A stretch of 47,066 nucleotides of DNA, filler included, from Jimgerdemannia flammicorona (Eukaryota), in the NCBI GenBank assembly GCA_003990765.1. It is 2 parts of 2 records of this genome, joined end to end, with 100 filler letters (N's around TTAATTAATTAA, not from the genome) between each part and the next. Parts side by side here need not be neighbours in the genome. Positions count along the whole stretch, not along the records: positions 1 to 23,483 come from RBNJ01001102.1; positions 23,584 to 47,066 come from RBNJ01001103.1. The stretch is one strand, 5' to 3'. The translations under genes were made by a program, and so were the position numbers. Under the pieces are notes generated by a model. That model ran no database searches, was not told the origin of the DNA, and worked only from the letters and a program-made list of their open reading frames with translations. Positions 22,667 to 34,500 of this stretch are shown piece after piece. Each line of letters starts with the position of its first letter. Position 1 is the first letter of the stretch.

Positions 22667-22827
22667 CCTGCTAACGACGATTCAATACATGTACTCCCTA
22701 TTTTAAATTTAAATACTCTGTATATGATAATGACCACGTAAAACGACATATTTATTTAGTCATATATACGACAAATCATGACTTCATAATTTTAGTGTAT
22801 ACAGGTCGTATGTTGTATAAACAGTAG

Positions 22828-23483
22828 CTAGAAACAGTCCTGTCCAATAGTGTCAAGTTGGGCCCACAATGCTCTATCGAATGTGAGCTGGATTACTGAA
22901 CTATATTTGCTGATGACTGCATCTGTAAAGCCGCTTTGCCCCAGCACCTTTGACAACTCTGGATCCGTTAGCAGAGATGCTGGAAAGACGACCCGTTCAA
23001 GTTTCTGACATTCTTGTAGTGCCCGTTGCACAAACATCGCCTCCATGCTATACCAGTCCTTTACCTCTAGTGATTTTAATTCGGGCCATGGCCAATCGAC
23101 AGGCATTTTTAACATCCCGTTACTGTGGAATCTTGGGTGTTTGAGTTCTTCAAGCCTTGGACAGTATTCCATCAATACCTCCAAATCATCTTCATTAATG
23201 AGGCTGAATCCACTCCAAGTGGTTTTTTTATATGTCTGCACATGTTTGAGATTTGGACAATTCACTACAAGGATTTTAAAAACGGTGTGGAAGATTTCCA
23301 GATCCCAATAGTGATGATTGATTGTCTGTGTGATTGACAGATCCTCCACCATTGGAAACATATTAAAGTGTGTCTGCAAACGCGGTATACTGCGCCAACA
23401 ACGTGTATCTAATATTGTAATTCGCTGCAACTGTGGCCAGGATGGCAACAGACACCACATAATTTCGATGCCAACAGTCTGCA
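22828..23483 (-). CDS. LRR/RNI-like (F-box-associated) protein, 5'-truncated by the gap
   Basis: WPQLQRITI, FPMVEDLSI, CPNLKHV, CPRLEELK, WPELKSLEV, CQKLERV. Confidence 0.7.
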
Positions 23484-23583
23484 NNNNNNNNNNNNNNNNN
23501 NNNNNNNNNNNNNNNNNNNNNNNNNNNTTAATTAATTAANNNNNNNNNNNNNNNNNNNNNNNNNNNNNNNNNNNNNNNNNNNN
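23484..23583. other. Assembly gap (100 bp) containing an artificial six-frame-stop linker TTAATTAATTAA (23528-23539)
   Basis: 44 N, then TTAATTAATTAA, then 44 N. Confidence 0.95.
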
Positions 23584-25693
23584 TTTTAACAGACTCAATG
23601 TCCTGTGGATTTTTATTAGAAGGAAACCTAGACTATATGGGCCAAACCCCTTCTCCACCACCCATCAAGCACTGCTCCCTTATTAATCTAGGCTAGCTAT
23701 TGTCCAGCAGCTCAACTATGCCAGGTACAGTAGGGCCTATGTTGACCTGCATCCCATTCTATATACTATACTCTCCCTACCACCAGAGGGAACCCAGCCA
23801 TATGCTAATGACCAAAAGCACATGCCCGAGACCCCAACATATATATAAGACCATGCTTGAGTTAAATAGAATAGCCTCTACCACCTCAAAGAGAATAATA
23901 GATAAAGAAAAAACCCCTATCAAAGTACATTATAGTGGATAGAGCCTGGTTCTTCCAGTTGAGATGAGTAAAGAACTTACATGTAAGGCAGGAGGAGACC
24001 CCCAATACTCCACTACTCAAGTCTACAGGCCTTGATCATATTGCTGTATCAGCTCCTAGTTCCAGTTGAGTGTAGTCAAGATATCTGAAATGAGTAGCCT
24101 CAGGCCCCCTGATCTCTCCCAATGACTGGGGCCCAACCTGCTGAATTATCAAAAGAAGCTAAGAGTATCACCTATCACTTAACTACTCTGCACCAATCAA
24201 AAGGCCCCATCAAAGCAGTACCTGCCCCAGCCCTGATAACTGCCCCCAGCCTAGCACCCTATTAGTTTACTGTTATCACCCTTCCTCCTATCTGTGACAG
24301 CCATCTCTCCTCCCATCCTGACAATACCCCAAAAGCAGTCACCTATACCAGAACTGTGCTTGCCAGGAAGCTCACCAAAGCCAGAGGGCCCCACTACAGG
24401 TACTGAGAACCTGCAGATAACCTATACTGAGCACTTGATGCCCAAGGTTGGCTGACTCTCTATATAGCCCATGATATACTGAAATAGTACCTTATTGGTG
24501 ATAGCAAAAGAAAGAAGATACTGTACCAAAACAGATATACTCTAGATATAGCCAAAGATACTAGAAACTATGAAAAAGTGGAGAAGATACCAATCTGATA
24601 CTGATAAAGAGGCAACTTATCACCATTGCCTTCTCTCCACTGTTCTGCAATATGTAGATACAGAAAACCAACCTAAGGTAGAGAGGGTAATAATTATAGA
24701 AAGTAGACTCAGAAGGTTATCTACCAAACCATTATGATCAGTAAGATAGTGGAGAAAGAGATATCTTCTTTCTTTTGCTATCACCAATAAGGTATTATCT
24801 TAGTATATTACAGATTATATAGAAAGTTAGCTGACCTTGGATGTCAAGTGTCTAGTATAGATTATCTGCAGGTTCTCAATACCTATAATAGGGCTCTCTG
24901 GCTTTGGCAAGCTTCTTGGTGAGTGCAGTTCTAGTATAAGTAACTGTTTTTCAGATATTATCAAAATGAGAGAGGAGGAGGAGATAGTTATTACAGATAA
25001 AAGAAAGGGTGATAATAGTGAACTAGTAGTATACTAGGCTGGGGGCAGTCATCGAGGCTGGAGTGGATACTACTTTGGTGGGGACTTTTAATTGATGTGG
25101 AGTAGTTAGGTAGTAGGTGTTACTCATAGCTTCTTTTGGTAATTCATAAGGTTGGACCCCAGTCATTGGAAGGAGTTAGGGGGACCTAAGGCTACTTATT
25201 TTAGATATCTTAACTATACTCAACTAGAACTGAGAGCTGACATGGCAATATGATTGAGGCCTACAGACTTGAGTAGTGGAGTATTGGAGGTCTTCTCCTA
25301 TCTCACATATAAGTTCTTTACTTATCTCATCTAGGAGAACTAGATTCTATCTACTATAATATACTTTGATGAGGGGTTTTCTTTATTTGTTATTCTCCTT
25401 AGAGTGATAGAGACTATTCTATTCAGCTTAGGTATGGCCTTATATATATGTTAGGGTTTCAGATATATGCTTTCAGTCATTGGCACATGGCTGAGTTCTC
25501 TCTGGTAATAGAGAGAGTATAGTATGCAGAATGAGGTATAGGCTCTATTATACTTAGTATAGTTGAGCTACTGGACAATAGCTAGTCTAGGTTAATAGGG
25601 GAGTAGTTCTTGATAGGTGATGGAAGAGAGTTTTGGCCTATATAGTCTAGGTTCTCTTCCAATAAAAATCCATGGGACTCTGAGTCAGTAAAA
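23584..25693. repeat. Long degenerate inverted repeat (arms ~23584-24520 and ~24762-25693, ~240-bp spacer); CpG-depleted relic of a probable transposable element
   Basis: Left ...gatttttattagaaggaaacctagactatatgggccaaa matches the reverse complement of right ttttggcctatatagtctaggttctcttccaataaaaatcc. Inner ends ccttattggtgatagcaaaagaaagaagata / tatcttctttcttttgctatcaccaataagg. Only ~2 CpGs seen by eye in 2.1 kb. Confidence 0.9.
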
Positions 25694-25921
25694 CAAAAAA
25701 AAAAAAGTTATAAATTAAAACAGATTTAGATACTAAAAATAATCAAAATTATAACAATGAGTAATTTAATTTAAAATAGTTATATTAATATCTATAATTA
25801 TTCAAATATAATAAAAAATATATCATTTAAAGACTCAAATACTATATTATTAATAGTTAAAATTTAGATTTAATAAAGTTATTTTAAATAGATATTGAAA
25901 GTACTGATAATTTGAATTTAT

Positions 25922-26003
25922 GCCAGCGTGTCCGAGTGGTTTAAGGAGTGGAGCTTAAGATTCCATGTCGTAAGATTCGTGGGTTCGAATCCCACCGCTG
26001 GCA
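25922..26003 (+). tRNA. tRNA-Leu (anticodon TAA)
   Basis: Acceptor stem GCCAGCG/CGCTGGC-A, A-box GTCCGAGTGG, anticodon loop CTTAAGA, long variable arm, GGTTCGAATCC, then a T-run Pol III terminator. Confidence 0.95.
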
Positions 26004-26145
26004 CTTTTTTTGTCCCAAGACGAAAAGTAATACTCTTATACCCACCGCAGTAGTTTTTGTAGTAACTGAGGTATATATACATGATCAATGTGACTAATGT
26101 GACTGCGGTGGCTTTAGTGTTTTCGTCTTCTGCTCGCCGTACATC

Positions 26146-26514
26146 ATGCGCACCCTCTTCATCCAGCTGCGCCGTTTCGTCTCCACCAGCGCCGCCGCCT
26201 CCGCCCGCGCTACTGCCTCCACCAGTGACACCTCAACTTCCACTTCCTTCTACAAGGTCACCCTGAAGCGCTCGACCATTGGGCTGGCGTCCACCTACCG
26301 TGCCGCCACCCGTACCCTTCGCCTCAACCGCCTCCACCAAACTGTCTATCATCCCATTAGCCCGACCGCTGCGGGCCTGATTCTCAAACTTAAGGAGCTG
26401 CTCAAGGTCGAAATTGTCAAGCGCGTGCCCACGCGGGAGGAGGAAAGGGCTGAAAGGAGTCCTCCGAAGGGGTATCGTGTGGTGAAGAAGGGGAGGCAGG
26501 AGACGTTGTTTTGA
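26146..26514 (+). CDS. MRPL33: Mitochondrial ribosomal protein uL30m
   Basis: Presequence-like N-terminus, then FYKVTLKRSTIGL...TLRLNRLHQTVYHPISPTAAGLILKLKELLKVE. Confidence 0.9.
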   Translation: MRTLFIQLRRFVSTSAAASARATASTSDTSTSTSFYKVTLKRSTIGLASTYRAATRTLRLNRLHQTVYHPISPTAAGLILKLKELLKVEIVKRVPTREEERAERSPPKGYRVVKKGRQETLF

Positions 26515-27451
26515 AGCCGCGTATCGGGGCGAGGAATAGAATGGATTATTATTATTGCTTGATGGATAGCGTAAGATTGTATGTGTTATGGCAGGAACGA
26601 TCGGAGGGGTTGGATGATGTTCGTTTTGTTATCTTTGCGAGTCCTAATCACATAGGTTAATCCGTGTTATGTGTTATTGCCAATAGAATCAGAATGGATA
26701 ACCATTAAATGGCCACGGTTGTGATGTAAAGATTTTATTGCGCCAGAGCGCTCGATTCAACCGATTCAATATTGGCACTCATTAGCTTCCTAGTTTTCAA
26801 GGGGGGATCAATCAATCTACTTGGATTCCGTCCGACGGCTCCTTATCCCCACTTCGTCAATTTCGAATCGCGAAACAAGAAAAAGCACGGGACACAAGGT
26901 AAATGTGGATATTATTATTGGGAATGGTCAATGTCGTTAGAAGGGTGATGAGAGGTATTGATTCTCAGTCAATTCGCAACTGTATTCACAGGTTGAGAGC
27001 CCCCACTCTTCATCGCGAAACCGAGAGCTTCCGATTACCCTTAGGGGCTGAAGGAAATAACCTAAAGCGACACAACACCTTATAGAAAGCGATCATGCTT
27101 TGGTGTTCCACAGACAGCCTATAGGAGAGGATGTTCCAGAAGAGTATGGATTTCGATAAGACAATTTTTAACCCGAATACCCATTCCCATTCCTTCATTC
27201 AATTGGCCAAAGGCCTCTTTTCCAATCAGCCCTGAACTTTTCAGGTATTTGTACGTTCCAGCCTATCGGCACGCCGATATCCCAATCTTACGCCAGCTCA
27301 CACCACCAAACACAACGCGACCACAAGATAGTTAACCACGCAAATGGATGATCTTGTTTGGTTTAAAAAAAAAAAAAATCATGTTTCTCTTCCGTGCTTT
27401 TACGTGCACACAATGCAGACATTCAAGCACATCCAACAATCCAGCAAACCA

Positions 27452-28448
<997 letters not shown>

Positions 28449-28814
28449 TTAGTCTCCTTTCAGGTATCGATATGCATAGATGGACATGGCGCCGATGGAT
28501 GGATGTGTGATATAACGGATGGTTGCTGGTGAAATGTCGTGTTGGCTGTCCTCGAGTCCTCGGGTATCCATGATTGATGGCAGTCGGATTCCAGTCCTTT
28601 CGTACAATTCTAATAAGCACAACTGACCTTCTCTTTGACGCTAAAACCAGAACAAAAGGAGGTTTATTGTCTACGTGTGAACGGTTAATGACAAGGAGGG
28701 GTATATCACGTGATGTATGAAAGCCCATTGCGGATGGCCTATATTAATACAATTGGGGTAGTTCGTAACACTCATGCTCCAACACCAACCTGGTGACCGT
28801 CGTTCATCCAACCC

Positions 28815-31364
28815 TCACATTCCATTCCCACTCCCCCACTTCTTCACCAGGGTCGGGCAATCCCGATATTTCAACACCACCTCCGTGATCTGCATCGGCT
28901 CGAGCATCACTTTCATCATGCGATATTCCTTGGGACACCGCGCCACGGCTTCGATGGGTCGGACGAGCTCGAACGAGACAAGGTGCTCGAAGGCCTGTCA
29001 CAGATGGGTGGTAGTGTGAGTGCGAGAATTCGGTCGTCCAAGAGACCGCGAATTGGATTCATGCGCAATAGAAGATAAGGAGACGTACCTTCATCGCAAC
29101 GGCCCGCTTGTAGAGCTTCATCCCGAAACCCTGTCCCTTTATGACAGACGCGTCCATAAACTCCTTGTACTCGTCGTAGACCATTTCGAAGTTAAACGTG
29201 ACACAATCGCGCTCCAGGAGCTTCTTCATTGCGACGATAAGACATAGCTCAAGAATTGAGACTCCTGTGTGGTAAAGAAATGGTTTCAAGAACAGGGACC
29301 ACACTTCACGTTAAAACATCTTGCCCTGAATGAAGCTGCCATTCTGAGATAATGAGAGACAGAGAATATAATAGCACACCTTTCAGCAGCTCCGTCTTAG
29401 CGTCTGCACGCTGCTGCATGCCCGCGTTGTAGAAGTCAGAAAGCTGCCAGAACGGTCGTTGTGGTGAGAGGAGACTGACGGGTTCGAACTAAAGATTTTC
29501 CCAGAAAAAGGATCCACAATGTAGCGTCAACAATAACGCTTGACGAGAGGATTTGATCGGCTTCGCACATTTTTCACATAAAAACAATCCATAATATTCG
29601 AAAATATAAGTGACAACGCGTACGCAAATTTTGTAGAACATCCTCAAGTCCTTCGTCAGATCAAACACACGCCGCACAACCTGAATGAATGACGGATCTT
29701 CGAGTAGCACCTAGGTTAAAGAAAAGTGATGACAATATGTATTAAAACAACTGAAACTCACTGCTTCACGATTTCCACATAAACTCGACGGATTGTACCT
29801 CCAAAACCGCGTTGAACTCGCTCTTATATTTCTCGTTCCGAACCTCGTCCCCTAGCGCGAGTGTCGCTCGTACGATGCACATGAAATCTTTGAATTGTTC
29901 GGGCGGGAATAGATAGATCTGGCGGTGGGAGAAACGGGATTTGACGCGCTTTTCGAGGAGTTCCATGGTGTCCTGTTAATTTGATGAAATGGGGTGCGAT
30001 TCGGAAAAGGTAATCAACATGAAGGACTCATTTTCTCAGCTCACGCGGATCCAACATGAACTCCAATAACTGTAACACGCGAACTTGACTCACTAGTCTG
30101 CAACTCATCCCGATCACGGCTACGGGATTCTGTCCGCTCTGTGCGACGTCGAACAGATTGTATAACAGTGCTTGCTTCGGGTGCTGCGCGAACAGGTCGA
30201 ACTCGTCCAGCACAAAGACGACGGGAATGTTGCTCCGGGTGCCGGACTTGAGGAGCGAGAGGAGGAAGGCGAGACAGTCTGCGAAGGAGGACTGTGTTCG
30301 AGCACGTTCATCAGCATCCGACCAAAGGTGAACAACTGAAGCAATATGAAGAACACGCACAAAGGACCGCTGCTCGAGTTCCTGCTGGAAGCATAATTGC
30401 CTTGTGATCTCGCGTAGTGCAAGGCGATCGTCCGTTTGAGCGAGGCCGTTAAGGCGGACGACAATGAAGGTCTTGTCGACTTTGGCATCGTTATTGTATT
30501 TGGCATCGAGAGTTTGGAGGGCACGACGGATAACCTAAATAGAATTGAGGTGTAGGAGTCAGATGGCACGAGATTTCGCAGTGATGAAATTTGCAGACAA
30601 AAAGAGAAATGATTGATAGCCGACCATAGTCTTGCCCGTGCCGCGGTTACCCAAAAGTAGACAAGAGTTGCTCTCGCCGTAGGCGACGGTTCGTTCCAGA
30701 AGGTCGTAGACTTCGCTGTTTGTGTGGAGTGGTCGTCCGCCGAGGCGGAGATTAGATTGTAATCAACGGAGGTCTTCTGGCAATAATTAATATGTAACAA
30801 AATTGAAATAAACCGAAATGAATTCAAAACACACTTATACTGCTCGCTTAAGCCTATGAAAATATTAGGTATAGTTCGTTCTGATATCCGATCCAAAATC
30901 GACGTGCGAGCCTGCTCGATGTCCTCCTCGGACCACTGGCACGGAGGGTGTGAGAGAGGATCAACGACGGAAACTCCATCCGTAGCGCTGGAAGAACTTT
31001 GTTCACCGACCTTCATTCCGCGGCGACTTGACGAAGTTCGACTTGAACCTGCGTCTTTGTCATCAACGGCACTGTTGACCAACAACCCATCCGTCGACAC
31101 ACTCTCAAGAACGTCCATCAAATTAGATCTCTTGCCATTGGTGCGCGTTCTCGATACCAGCTTTTGCGAGGCTGGTGACAGAAATGGATTGTCATCATCT
31201 CCGTCTTGAGGGGTTGCGTCGGCGAGGAGGCCGTGTTCTACAATTGGCGGGAATGATGGGGCGCCTTGCGCACGCCGATTGTCGTCGGTGTTGTGACGTT
31301 GTTTCTTTTTCGCGTTGCCATCCGCGGAGGAGGTGGGCAAAAGCCTCTTGGGCGAGTGAACCAT
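28815..31364 (-). CDS. ORC4: Origin recognition complex subunit 4, multi-exon
   Basis: GESNSCLLLGNRGTGKT, VFVLDEFDLFAQHPKQALLYNLFD, LLEKRVKSRFSHRQI, FNFEMVYDEY, AFEHLVSFELV...CPKEYRM. Confidence 0.95.
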
Positions 31365-31515
31365 GTCGCTAGATATCCCAGCATCGAAACATGCAAAGAA
31401 ACGCGTCCCAATGATATAGTCACAAATTACAACGATGACATCATTCCCAAGCCACCCCGTCCTTTTTTATTTTTCTTTTGGCTGTAGTTCTGGTGCTGCC
31501 TGGCATTCATATACA

Positions 31516-34500
31516 ATGGCGTCCATGTTAGCGAAGCAGCTGAAGAACATTGGCACCCCGGACGCGAGGGCTGTGAAAAGTTCGCAAAAAAATAGAGCTT
31601 CCTTCCTTTTCGACTCCAAGCAGGCTGCTGATTATGACCTCGATACCATTCACTCCGTCGGCGTTAACGGTCTGACGGAATTGTGTCAGTTGGACAAATG
31701 CTTCGCGCCGTTCAAGAACACTCTGTTCTCAGACGCTATGAAAGACGTGGATCGTGTGTTGCAGGTGAGGGCTTGGGTTGGTGGAAGCTATTATGCCTGG
31801 GAGCTCTTATTTGAATGTCGCTGGTTGAAGATTAATGTTTCTGAATCCTTTCCAATTCTCGTTTTGCCTCGTAGACAAAAGAAGAGAATCAAAAACTCGA
31901 CGAGAGCATTGATGCGTTTCTTCACCAGCTATCTCAGTACTTCCTGCTGAAACCCGCGGGCAAAACTCTCGAATGGCTAATCCGGCGCTTCCGAATTCAC
32001 GAGATGAACATCGATTCGGTGATGCAGTGCATCTTGCCGTACCACGAAACCAAGCTGTTCGTCACAATGATCTCCATATTGCAAATTAAGTATGTTTCTT
32101 TAAACGAGATCGACGGTCATTACAGTTCTTTCGCACCATTTATTCCAACGTCCTTCTCCTACATCCAGAGACGAGTCGAAATGGACGTTCCTCATGCCTA
32201 TCAAGAAAACCAAATACCCTCTCGACCGCACCCTCCTTGTACAACGCCTCACCAAGGATCGCTCCATCCTCGATTTTATCTGTACCCTCGTCAACACGGC
32301 CGTGGCCCGCGAGACGACCTTTAAGACCCTTTTCTCCTTCTATGCCGCCACTTTGATTGGCTACATCAGTGCCGTTCCCCGGATCACCGATGATGTCACC
32401 ACTGCAATCATGCCCTCCATTCTCAATGGTCTCAGGTCGCGCAACTACCCCGAGTACCAGGTCGCGAGCTATATGATCCTATCGCAGATTTCGTCGCGCG
32501 CGCAGCTCTCAAAGGACGCCCTCGTCAGTATCTTTGCCGTCATCGGAGAATACTGCCCCAAGCAGTACTTGACGCATATGGTGTTGTGCATGGTGCATGT
32601 TGCTCAGACGCAGGAGGCGTTCGACGAGTTTCCCATGAAGGCGTTCAAACATGTCGTGGATATTCCGTGAGTGTCTTTGAGTTAATCGAGGTTGGGTTGA
32701 ACAAGCGGGGTGTAACCACGTTATCTGGGTTCTTTGTGAAATGTTCCGCCAGTTTTCTGGACTCCGCTAAAAACGCACTCTCATAGACGGAACTTCATTT
32801 TACGCCCCTTTACTATAGCAATCTGGCTGCTCTCATAACCGAGATTTCACGCAAGTACAACGCCGAACGCTTTGTAGAGACTTTCCTGGTACAGCTTGTC
32901 AGGCATAGGTGCGATTTGTTCGATCGCCGACCTCCAACGAAATACTTGTACGCTTCACAGTTACGCAGCAAATTTACTCTAGACGTATACACATGTTCTC
33001 GATTATAGCACCATCCATTCCAAATACGTCGACGTTCTCAGCACCATCCTCCAGAGCGAAGGGCTTTCTTCCTCCATCGTCCGCTCCCTTTGCATCACCA
33101 TTCTCGATAATTATCTGGAAGTCAAGCGCGATAACGTTGCTATGGAGGAAGACATTAAACCTCATGTCCGGAGCCTTCTGCATACTCTACAGCAGCGGTT
33201 CCCAGCAGAATTGAGCGCAGCACTCGAGGAGAAAATCAAGGTATGGCTCTGTGGTTCTTCGATGCAGCCATGAGAAACGGGCGTGTTGATCTTACAAAGG
33301 TACAACCACAAATACAGGCCGTCGGCCAGGATAAATCCGGGGAAGGCAAGAAGCAGCTCAAGCACCTTTACGGATTCGTGCGGGAAACTTTTTACGGCAC
33401 CCGGTACGCGCTTATCCAGGATGCCGGGACGACGCTGTACTTGAGTTTGAACCATACCGAGGCGGGCGTGAGATTGATTGCGCTCAGGAAGCTGGTAGAA
33501 TCGTTGGAAGATCCGGAGTCGGGGATCTCAAAGGAGGTAAGGATACTCAATGTTGTTGCGATCTCGTGTCGCCACGTCACGGGAAACCTGGAACTCGCTC
33601 GTTGCCTCGTTTTCTATCTCAATACTTACTGAACTACTGCTCGCCACATTCATCTCAGCCCGACTTCGTCCATGACACACTCCTCTCCCGCCTCCAAGAT
33701 ACGAACGAATCCATCGTGCACTACCTCCTCTCCGTCCCCACCCACCTCACGCGTTTTGTGCCCGCCCCGACCCTTCTCTCGACCCTCCAAACTGTCCTCG
33801 ACAATCCCACAACTACGCGCGCCACTACTCGCAAGACCCTCGCCTTCCTCATGGGCTACTTTCTTAAATCCCCAGATTCCTCTTCCGTTCGGAGCCTTAT
33901 CTTCGCCGTCGTGCTCGCCAACGTCCTCGTCACCAAGGAGACGCGGAAGACTAGTTACCACGTTCTCAAGTTGTTGGCGTCGTCGCCATTGAAGGAGGAA
34001 TCTGTATTCAAAGGGTTGGATGAGTTGGTGAAGTTGGTAGAGCAAAAGGAGGGCGAGGAGAAGAAGGTTATGATTGGGGAGATGGTGAAGGCGAATGTTG
34101 AGATTGTCAAGGCTTTGGGTGAGAATTTGAGCAAGAGTAAGGAGCTGGAGAGGGATGTGGAGGTTTGGATTGAAGCATTAGCTGGCCAGAAGGCGGCGTA
34201 TCGAGTGTTGGCATTGTTGGTGTTAAGCCGGGCAGTTCATGGACTTCCCGCAGGTAGCCATATGTTCAGATGTTTATCTTGATTCGATTCCATTTATAGC
34301 CATTTGGCTAAATGTAGTATTCTCCACTCGCACACCACTTCTCATCAATTCTTTCTTTTCTTCACACAGCCCGTCAACTTCCTATCATCTCCCGCTTCCT
34401 TACTGCCCTCCTCGCTAATATACACCTCCATCAGCAGCTCCCCATTGCCGCCATCAACCATCTCGATATCGAGGCGCATAGTGGTCTCCCTTCGAACGCA

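Noticed and set aside
1..23483. Definite call as giant virus, Starship or Polinton
   Set aside because: No hallmark replication, capsid or recombinase gene and no element terminus is visible in the window, so it is kept only as a hypothesis.
23528..23539. TTAATTAATTAA as a biological motif (e.g. piggyBac TTAA site)
   Set aside because: It is centred exactly in a 100-bp N gap and is a synthetic six-frame stop linker.
26900..27300. Possible snoRNA or other ncRNA between MRPL33 and RPL40 (GTGATGA...CTGA)
   Set aside because: Box-like words are present, but I could not identify a terminal stem or a guide/family signature. An Infernal/Rfam scan would be needed.
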